A stretch of 60,000 nt of DNA from Malacoraja senta. Taxonomy: Eukaryota. The notes under the pieces were generated by a model. It had not been told where the DNA came from. It saw nothing but the letters and a program-made list of their open reading frames with translations, and made no database searches. A program made the translations under genes and the position numbers. The stretch lies in the NCBI GenBank assembly GCA_038087875.1, contig CM075996.1, positions 808,001 to 868,000 of the forward strand, written 5' to 3'. Numbering within the stretch: the stretch's first letter is position 1; every line of letters begins with the position of its first letter. This document shows, one piece after another, positions 51,371-60,000 of the stretch.

Positions 51371-51579
51371 ATTCTCTGCCACAGAAGGTAGTTGAGGCCA
51401 GTTCATTGGCTATATTTAAGACGGTTAGATGTGGCCCTTGTGGCTAAAGGGATCAGGGGGTATGGAGAGAAGGCAGGTACAGGATACTGAGTTGGATGAT
51501 CAGCCATGATCATATTGAATGGCGGTGCAGCCTCGAAGGGCCGAATGGCCTACTCCTGCACCTATTTTCTATGTTTCTA
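51371..51579 (+). mobile_element. Young CR1 3' end
   Basis: Nearly exact reverse complement of 3359-3566; tail tttctatgtttcta. Confidence 0.9.
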
Positions 51580-51754
51580 AATACCATTTGTTTATTAAGC
51601 TCAGAATATGAATTAAAGCTGAGGTTTTCTGGTCATAATTACATTTTCTTCTAACAACTATATCCTGTTGGACAGTTATCTATAGTTGTATCACTTTAAG
51701 TGATGCATTTTAACTAGGTTCGTAGCTATGGTTAAATTATTCTGTTTCTTTCAG

Positions 51755-51900
51755 GTGGTCTACCAGACAAAAAGCTGGAATCTGATAAACGTGGCATGAA
51801 CATGGATTACAATGGAATGATGAGAAAGGAACGTTCTGGATTCCGGCCATCAAATTCCAAAGATTCGCCCACCACAGACAGTGGACCCTACTTTGAGAAG
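51755..51900 (+). CDS. TNRC6B: TNRC6B coding exon (146 nt)
   Basis: tttcag|GTGGTCTACCA...TTTGAGAAG|gtgagg; [15 protein letters not shown]...[14 protein letters not shown]...TDSGPYFEK. Confidence 0.94.
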
Positions 51901-52489
51901 GTGAGGTCTCCACTGATAGAGAATACTTACATTTATATTACTTACCATTCTTCCATAAACATCCTAAAATCTTTTTCTGGAGCAGAACATGGCGACCCAG
52001 ATCTGATGGGATATGATTGTGCCTTGGTTTAGGCCTGGTGTATGTTTTAATAAAATACTAGGGATTAGGCCATGCTGCACTGGGCCAGCTCATCTTGGTT
52101 CAGAGATATAGCAAGGAAGCGGGCCCTACAGCCCACCGAGTCCACACCGACCATTGATCACCTGTGTCACACTAGTTATGTAGAAACAAACAATTGCAGG
52201 TGCTGGTTAATACCAAAGATAGACACAAAATGCTGGAGAAGGTGGTGGTGGCAGGGACGGGAGGCGCATGATGTACTTCCTTAGATTGTCTTTAATTGGG
52301 TGTGACTTTGTATCATTTATGGCGGTCCAATATTCTTATAATATCTCTGGGTTGGGCACAGAAGAAAATAAATGCTCGGGTGGGATTTGGATTGGGGGTG
52401 GTTGGATCAGGTTTAATTTACTATCTGAACAGACTTCTTCTCAAGTTAATTGACTTCATATCAGAGTGATGAGCAATCATGTTAACATT

Positions 52490-52775
52490 ATGTTTAGAGA
52501 TAGAGGTACAGTATGGAAACAGGCCCTTCGGCCTATCAAATCCACACTGACCATTGATCATTCGCACACTCATTCCATGTCATCCCACTTTCGCAACCTA
52601 CATACTTGGGGCAATTTAAAGAGGCTAATTTATGTACTAACCTTGCACGTCTTTGCAGTGTGGGAGGAAACCCACAGGGAGAACGTACAAACTCCGTATA
52701 CACATCACCCTTAGTCAGAATCGAACCCGAGTCTCTGGTGCTGTAAGGCAGCAAATCTACCGCTACGCCACTGTA
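52490..52775 (-). mobile_element. tRNA-derived SINE
   Basis: ggaaacaggcccttcggcc...gtgggaggaaaccc...gagaacgtacaaactcc...gaatcgaacccgagtctctggtgctgtaaggcagc; B-box-like GGTTCGATTC on minus strand. Confidence 0.82.
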
Positions 52776-53204
52776 GCTCAACATTCACTCACTGAAAGGT
52801 CAGATAGACAGCAAATGATGGAAATCTCTAAAGATCATGTGGCATCATTAGAGGGAGAGAGAGAGATTTAATATTTTGGAATGAAAACCTGTCAGAACTG
52901 GAAAAGGTTACAAATGTAAAGGGTTTTAATCTTGTGGAAAGACAGGGATTGGGAGGGAAAAGAAAACTCTCGGTCTTTTGTGGCAGGCAAAATAAATTAA
53001 ATTATAAAAACAAAAGGGACAAGTATCTGAAATATAAACTTTTCCAGATATACTTGCCTCATCAGACTTTATAATGGATTGTAATTATAGGAAGGGGAAT
53101 ATCCAGAGGGAGTGGAAATATGTCCTTGCTACTATTTGGATCATTCGGTGGGAGCCTCAACATCCGGAACCCCCTCAGAAAAGGCAGAAACCCATGAGCA
53201 TTCA

Positions 53205-54144
53205 AGACAGGGCAGCGCAGTGATGGAGTTGCTGCCTCATAGCGCCAGAGACCCGGGTTTGATCCTGGCTACGGGTGCTTGTCCGTACGGAGTTTGAACG
53301 TTCTCGTGACCTGCCTAGGTTTTCTTCGAGAACTTCGGTTTCCTCCCACACCCCAAGGTTTGTAGGTTAATAGGCTTGGTATACAGAGCTGCCAAGTAGT
53401 ACGGATTTTCCGTATTTTATACGGAAATGCGATAAGAATACGGATGTACGGATTTGCTTTGTAAAATACGGATTTTTTAAAAATCGGCCCAACTTCCTAT
53501 TTCATCTTGCTGTTTAAAAATTATAGCAGATTAAATCTATTAGTATTTTAAATTTAAAGATCTAGATGATTATTTTTGTACGCTTTGCTCTGTCCCTCCC
53601 ACTACAGGTTTAAACAGCGCTGTCAATTTAGCACTATGGGTTCTAATTGTAGTGCTACCAGCTGGAGCGCTATTGCCTTTACACATAGCGCTATGGATCA
53701 CAGACTGTTCGGGAAGGGAGACGGAGGGCGGGAATAAGAGGGAGGGAGGAAAAAAAGGAAGGAGAGAGGGAGGAAAGTGGGAGGGAGAGGGAGGGAGGGA
53801 AAGAGAGGAAGGAGGGAGAGCGGGGGCTTCCAAAATGGCTTCTACATCATCATCTGGTGCTAAAAGCAGGAAGCAGCCGTTCAAACAGAAGTATACAAAG
53901 AGATGGCAATGAATGCACTGTCAAGTAAGGTGCGTAGAAGACATCAATTGGTAGCAAAGTTATGCATTCTTGTACTCTTACATGGGTATGACCGCACATA
54001 AAAAAACATTTTTTTCAGCAAAATGGCACCGTGTAAAAATTGTCCCTAGTGTAGAATAGTGTTAATGTGCGGGGATCGTTGGTCGGTGCGGACTCGGCGG
54101 GCCGAAGGACCTGTTTCCGCGCTGTGTATCTAAACTAAACTAAA
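53205..54144 (+). mobile_element. tRNA-derived SINE interrupted by a ~650-bp insert (about 53384-54033; hAT-like left end cagagctgcca)
   Basis: 5' half gctgcctcatagcgccagagacccgggtttgatcc...; 3' half aattgtccctagtgt...gggccgaagg...taaactaaactaaa. Confidence 0.72.
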
Positions 54145-55038
54145 CATTATTGGTACTTAACGCAAACACTCAAAGATTCAAAGCAGGATTTAAGCCCGCC
54201 CGCACGAATCAGAGGTGAGAATGTTGCAGATAACATTTTCTCCTCCATCTGCATTTTTGATATTGGCTTATAGAAAATAGAAACCCACCATTTAATTTGG
54301 TAGTACGAAACTTTCTGTAAACTTAATTCCTGACTGCCTAAAAATGAGATTTTTGTAGAATGTTTTCTGAGTGGTCAACTCCTCCTCCCCCCCCACCCAA
54401 CTCCTCACAAAAATAAAAAATCTGATCTGTTGTGTTCTAAACAAGATTTTGTTTTCTACTTCCAATTCTGTGTACGTGCAAGCACAGTGCACTAATTGCC
54501 CCGCATATCGATATATTTATCAACAACTTACTCTGGCAAAATATGACTAGTCCAGCCACAGCAGAATTCTGTTGGTGTAAATGGCTAGAACCTCCTGTGC
54601 AGAGAATGATTTTCAACTACTTCCAGTTTGCGTACAAACATTGGTACGTCTTTTTGAGCAGAGATTTCAGGTCGCCATAGAATGCACCATTGCAATTCTA
54701 AGTTGACAGATTAGTTTTTCCTTTGTGTGTTTTAGATTGGTACAGTGGTAAGAAAATAAAGATCTTGCCATGCAAGGCTTGCTTTATCACTGCACAAAGC
54801 TTAGATGTTACCTGTGTCTGATAAGGGGTTTAATGTGCAAGTTTGATTATGGCACTAATTTTATCTAACTGTCTGTGTGAGGCCTAACTGCTCTCATTTT
54901 TTTTTTCTTCTTCCCGCTCTACCCACAACTTGTTTTTGTGCTGTTTCCTTGTCTGTTTCATACCCCCACCCTCTGCCCCTTTCTTCCCCCCCCAATCCCC
55001 ACCCCCAATCGCATGCTGGTTGGCTAACCCTCCTTCAG

Positions 55039-55209
55039 CTGACTTTGCCTTTCTCCAATCAAGATGGGTGCCTGTCTGACGAGGCACCTAACTCGCCCTT
55101 CTCCCCTCCTCCAAGCTGCAAGCTGTCTCCCTCAGGCACTGCTCTACCCACCGCCAGCCTCGGCTGCATCGGCTCTGGTCTTAACATGCAAAACCTAAAC
55201 GCTAGACAC
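55039..55209 (+). CDS. TNRC6B: TNRC6B coding exon (171 nt), symmetric, probable cassette exon
   Basis: gctaac branch-point-like motif, cttcag|CTGACTTTG...AGACAC|gtaagg; [33 protein letters not shown]... Confidence 0.92.
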
Positions 55210-56254
55210 GTAAGGGCTGCTTTCTGAATGTGTCTTGTGACTGGGATGTCATGATACTGTGCAATCTATGTGAGCAAATCTTAGTGTCTGTTTCTGCCTG
55301 CACTTTTCTAGATGTCGCAGGGTCCATGACCTAGTAAGGTGATCAATAAATTTCACATCAGTACTAAATTTAAGTCTTGCCCCATTATTATCTTCCTCCT
55401 TTTAGACAAGCCTATTCATACACTTCCTATGTTTCTCTTTTTTTTCCATTTGCCCTCCACTCAACCAGTGATATTTCTGTACCACTGCAGCAATAAAAAT
55501 ACACTGAAAAGAGTATCCAATGATTTCAAAATCAGCATTATTAGGGGAAAGGAGGTGATGGGGGCAAAGCATATTTATTCATTAAAAGGAACACTTGATG
55601 TGCTTGATCATGTTGTGCAATGAAATGTTTTCTGGGGTTTTTTGTAAGTGTACCTTACTTTTGTACAATTGTACTTTTCCAAGCTCTACCAAGAAATTTT
55701 CAAACTCATTCATTATTTTCAGGGCTCATGTTTTTCTTGGGTCTTTCTGTATTAAACTGTCAGGATGGTTTGGTGGTAGGTTAGGAAATTTCATAACTCA
55801 TCACCGAATGTGCCCATCATTCTTTTTCCAGGACTCAGCTGGGTTGCCTGAGCAGGTCAGAGAGGGGTTATAATCTCAAGTGGTTGCGAACTTGTGATCT
55901 GTTCACTCCGGTCAGAGTGCGGTTTTGAAACCTAAATTTTCTTCCTCAATCCGTCGCTAAAGTCACTTCTCTTATTGATATACCAGGCAGCTTCAGTAAC
56001 ATGCAGAATTTCCATAACTACTGTAGCATAGTGGTGTAATCCCAATTCTGATCACATGAAGATTTTATCCTGCCATCTTAAAACTGTGAAAAACTATTGT
56101 TTGCAGTCCCTGAAAATAACGAGCTGAAGGTATGGGGATTAGAACGAGTTAGGGAGGGGTGGAGGGGTGGACAGGGGGTGAAGGAGTTAAGTGTAGGCGA
56201 TGATGTTAATAGTTGTGGGAACAACTTGGTATGAAGGTTGAAGAGTACTGAACA

Positions 56255-56842
56255 TTTCAGTTTCGTTTATTATCACATGTGAAAAGCTTGTGTTGCATGC
56301 TAACCAGTTAGCAGAAAGACATAACATGATTACAATTGAGCCATTTACAGTGTATAGATACATGATAAGGGAATAATGTTTAGTGCAAGATAAAGCCAGC
56401 AACGTTCGATCAAGGGTGGTCCAAGGGTCGCCAATGAGGTAGATAGTAATGTCTAAGAAGGAACTGCAGATGCTGGAAAATCGAAGGTTGACAAAAGTGC
56501 TGGAGAAACTCAGCAGGTGAGGCACCATCTATGGAGCGAAGGAAATAGGCAACATTGCCTATTTCCTTTGCTCCATAGATGCTGCTGCACCCGCTGAGTT
56601 TCTCCAGCACTTTTGTCTACCAAGGTAGATAGTAGTTCTGCACTGCTCTCTGGTTGTGGTAGGATGATTCAGTTGTCTGTTAACAGCTGGGAAGAAACTG
56701 TCCCTGAATCTGGAGGTGTGTGTTTACACACTTCCATACATTTTGCCTGATGGGAGAGGGGAAAAGAGGGAGTGGCCAGGGTGCAAATCATCTTTGATTA
56801 TGCTGCTGGCCTTGCCGAGGCAGTGTGAGGTATAAATGGATG
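56255..56842 (-). mobile_element. Rex/Babar-like LINE 3' fragment hosting a PLE fold-back insert
   Basis: tttcagtttcgtttattatcacatgt tail; aacagctgggaagaaactgtccctgaatctg...gatgggagaggggaaaagagggagtggccagggtg (HPGHSLFPLSH/DSFFPAV region). Confidence 0.72.
56449..56622 (-). mobile_element. Palindromic PLE terminal-repeat insertion with 12-bp TSD
   Basis: aggtagatagta at 56437-56448 and 56623-56634; 68-bp arms 56486-56553 and 56554-56621. Confidence 0.9.
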
Positions 56843-57328
56843 GCGTTTTCAACGCATCAGTTTTGAATGAAGCTGAGATTTCAAGGTGGCCTCTTTAACA
56901 AACATTCCTGAAGGGGAAAGAGTGACATTATGTCAGAGTCCAACTGGGATTTGAACCTGATTCACTGGTGACATGTGGGAGGAAATTCAGTAAACATACA
57001 AAGGAGAAATATTAAAGCCCCGAGGGAAGGTAGATAATCCATTTAGAGAGCTGTAACAGTCACAATAGACCCCTTTTGCTGATACTTCTGAGATGTCAGT
57101 TCTCCATAGTGGAATGTTGCATTACTTTGGGGATGGTGGTGAGGTGGAATAGCTAATCTTTGCCTTGGACATGTGTTTCTGTTGTTCTGTGGGGGTATAT
57201 ATGATTCTAAGGTGTTCTCCCTATCTGGTTGCATTCGACCAAGTTATGCTGTATAAAAAATATGTAATACAAGGAAATCTAATTTCTATAACGTTTCCTA
57301 TCTGTCTCTCTTTCTCGTACGCATACAG

Positions 57329-57463
57329 AATGGCAATCATGGTTTATTTGGCAGCAGCACAGCACAATCCAGAGGTGTGCACACGCCTCAGGTGCAGTCC
57401 ATGAATTCATCCCAGCCTAACCTTCGGCCTCAAGTGCCTCCGCAGTTCCTGCCCCCCCCTCAG
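57329..57463 (+). CDS. TNRC6B: TNRC6B coding exon (135 nt)
   Basis: atacag|AATGGCAATCAT...CCTCAG|gtacgt; [21 protein letters not shown]...[14 protein letters not shown]. Confidence 0.92.
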
Positions 57464-58009
57464 GTACGTAAAGTTGAGTTGTCACGTCTCTTTATGATCC
57501 CTGCACCTTTTTTTGGGACGGGGGAGGAAATGTGATTAGGGAGACTGCACTTTGTCCGCAATCATTCAGTTCTTGGTCTTGGATTCATGTGCAAGACCTA
57601 GGCTAAACATTGGATGTTTGGCAGCTGAGATAAAAAAGAACATGCTGGAAATAATCAGCAGGGTAAACAGTATCTGTGGGAAGAGAGATGGTTAAGGTTT
57701 CAGATTAATTTTTAAAATATTGATTTGAAATATTGGCTCTGTTGCTTTCCAGTTTTTTTTTGAAGATTGGTGTCAATGGATGCCTGTAGTGTTTCATTCC
57801 CGAGCACTTGTATTATTATAAATATTCTAGTCAAGGCACAAGAACACTTAATCCCATGTTGTCATCCCTGCTGCTGTACATGATGAACCTAATGAACAGA
57901 CGATATATATTATCGGGACTTTTGAGTTCAATTGGCAATTTTTTTATGTTGGATAACTTTGTCAAATTTATAGTTTCATTCATTTGCGCTCAATTAATTC
58001 CTTTTAAAA

Positions 58010-58093
58010 ACAAAAGACACAAAGTGCTATGGCGACTCGGTGGGTCAGGCAGCAACCCTGGAGAATGTTTTGGGTCGGGACCCTTCTTCAGAC
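58010..58093 (-). repeat. PLE terminal repeat, degenerate
   Basis: Minus strand gtCTGAAGAagggtcccgacccaaaacattctcc. Confidence 0.8.
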
Positions 58094-58130
58094 AGTAACA
58101 CAGCAAATGAATGATTTTGATTAATTGCAG

Positions 58131-58265
58131 GTTCCTGCCCCCATGTTAAAGCATACCACTCCGAATGGTGCCCTGAACCCAGCCTTGTTTAGCCTTGGTC
58201 CTCAACTAACCCCTCAACAAATAGCTATGCTCAGCCAACTCCCTCAGCTCCCACAGCTACAGTTG
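58131..58265 (+). CDS. TNRC6B: TNRC6B coding exon (135 nt)
   Basis: ttgcag|GTTCCTGCC...CAGTTG|gtgagt; [45 protein letters not shown]. Confidence 0.93.
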
Positions 58266-58509
58266 GTGAGTATCACATGTATATCATAGCAATTACATAT
58301 TTTCTAATAGCTGTATCATCTCCGTCAACCTCGACTAATATCTATCGATTATCGACACAGAAAACGAATATGCAGAAGGACCATGGTGCCACACCTTTGA
58401 GAGTGGCTTTACATTTCTGTTTGTTGTTAAGTATTAATTTGATTTTTTTTTTCCCCTTTGGTAATTTCATTTTTGCTTCATTAAAACTTCAAAGCCTTGC
58501 ACATATTTA

Positions 58510-60000
58510 CAGTGCTCTCCACAATGTTTGGGACAAAGACCCATCATTTATTTATTTACTCTACGCCACAATTTGAGATTTGAGAAAAAAATCACGTGGT
58601 TAAAGTGCACATTGTCAGATTCAATTAAAGCGTATTTTTTAATACATTTTGGTTTCACCATGTAAAAATTACAGCAGTGTTTATACATAATCCCCCCATT
58701 TCAGGGCACCATAAAGTTTGGGACACAGCAGTGTCATGTAAATGAAAGTAGTCATGTTTAGTATTTTGTTGCATATACTTTGCATGCAATGACTGCTTGA
58801 AGTCTGCGATTCATGGACATCACCAGTTGCTGGGTGTCTTCTCTGGTGATGCTCTGCCAGGCCTGTATTGCAGCCATCTTTAGCTTATGCTTGTTTTGGG
58901 GGATAGTCCTCTTCAGTTTGCTGTTCAGCATATAAAAGGCATGCTCAATTGGGTTCAGATCGGATGATTGACTTGGCCATACAAGAATTGACCATTTTTT
59001 AGCTTTGAAAAACTCCTTTGTTGCTTTAGCAGTATGTTTGGGATCATTGTCTTGCTGTAGAATGAACCGCTGGTCAATGTGTTTTGAGGCATTTGTTGGA
59101 ACTTGAGCAGATAGGATGTGTCTATACACTTCAGAATTCATTATGCTACTACCATCATCAGTTGTATCATCAATGAAGATAAGTGAACCAGCACCTGCAG
59201 CAGCCATACATGCCCAGGCCATTACACCCCCACCACCGTGTTTCACAGATGAGGTGGTACGCTCTGGATCTTGGGCAGTTCCTTCTCTCCTCCATACTTT
59301 GCTCTTGCCATCACTCTGATATAAGTTATTATTCGTCTCATCTATTCACTAAACCTTTTTCCAGAACTGTGGTTGCTCTTTTAAGTACTTCTTGGCAAAC
59401 TGTAACCAGGCCATCCTATTTTTGTGCTAACCAGTGGTTTGCATCTTGCAGTGTAGCCTCTGTATTTCTGTTCATGAAGTCTTCTGTCGGACAGGTGTTT
59501 GGGGATTTTTCTTTATAATAGAGAGAATCCTTCTGTCATCAGCTGTGGAGGTGTTCCTTGGCCTGCCAGTCCCTTTGTGATTAGTAAGCTCACCAGTGCT
59601 CTCTTTCTTCCTAATGATGTTCCAAACAGTTGATTTTGGGAAGCCTAATGTTTGGCTGATGTCTCTAACAGTTTTATTCTTGTTTTTCAGTCTCCTAATG
59701 GTTTCTTTGACTTTCATTGGCACAACTTTGGTCCTCATGTTGATAAACAGCAATAAAAGTTTCCAAAGGTGATGGAAAGACTGGAGGAAAGACTAGGTGC
59801 TGAGAGCTCTCTTATACCTGCATTAAGGAGGCAATTAAACACACCTGAGCAATTACAAACACCTGTGAAGCCATGTGTCCCAAACATTATGGTGCCCTGA
59901 AATGGGGGGACTATGTATAAACACAGCTGTAATTTCCACATGGTGAAACCACAATGTGTAACAATTGCCTTTAATAAAATCTGACAATGTGCACTTTAAC
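58510..60000 (-). mobile_element. Tc1-family (DD34E, IR/DR) transposon, defective; runs off the window end
   Basis: TA|cagtgctctccacaatgtttgggacaaag; ORFs 59472..59753 (HTH, GRPR) and 58758..59246 (QQDNDPKH...DLNPIEH, 34 residues between D and E); right TIR from about 59873. Confidence 0.95.

Larger units (their letters stand above)
13015..58265 (+). other. TNRC6B: TNRC6B (GW182 family) gene, partial; 11 coding exons in window, start exon upstream and remainder downstream
   Basis: Spliced translation [48 protein letters not shown]...[12 protein letters not shown]...[19 protein letters not shown]...[24 protein letters not shown]...SKSMQDGW...[21 protein letters not shown]...[12 protein letters not shown] follows human TNRC6B (recalled) in order; all junctions are GT-AG and phase-compatible. 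Confidence 0.93.

Noticed and set aside
52700..52775. tRNA gene
   Set aside because: The B-box-like motif belongs to a SINE head; no complete cloverleaf is evident.
1..60000. Prokaryotic systems (CRISPR array, operon, defence island, retron)
   Set aside because: The sequence is an intron-rich vertebrate gene; there are no regularly spaced repeat-spacer units or operon-like ORFs, and RT motifs belong to PLE, CR1 and Rex retroelements.

Overview
Eukaryotic (vertebrate) genomic DNA, not prokaryotic. The repeat content (abundant CR1 LINEs, tRNA-derived SINEs with CR1-like tails, Penelope-like elements) suggests a cartilaginous fish such as a skate or ray; this is an inference. The window lies within a + strand GW182-family gene, TNRC6B. 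Eleven coding exons from 13015 to 58265 were placed by hand, all with GT-AG boundaries and consistent phases, running from the N-terminal KE-rich segment through the 2.4-kb GW-repeat Argonaute-binding exon to the start of the Q-rich region. The start exon and the 3' part of the gene are not seen here. The introns hold many mobile elements: CR1 and Rex/Babar LINE fragments, Penelope-like elements (PLEs), two IR/DR Tc1 copies, non-autonomous Helitrons, hAT- and Harbinger-like MITEs, and SINEs. Most notable: (i) a dozen or more PLE terminal-repeat copies, many carrying a minimal hammerhead-ribozyme motif, including fold-back insertions whose symmetry axis lies in the ribozyme core; (ii) apparent absence of the DNGTSAWG Ago-binding cassette exon known from mammalian TNRC6B; (iii) an unexplained 110-bp intronic duplication; (iv) two Tc1 copies sharing the same tandem stop codons; (v) a tandem Helitron carrying NRF1-like motifs. 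Homology calls come from recall of the families, not from database searches.
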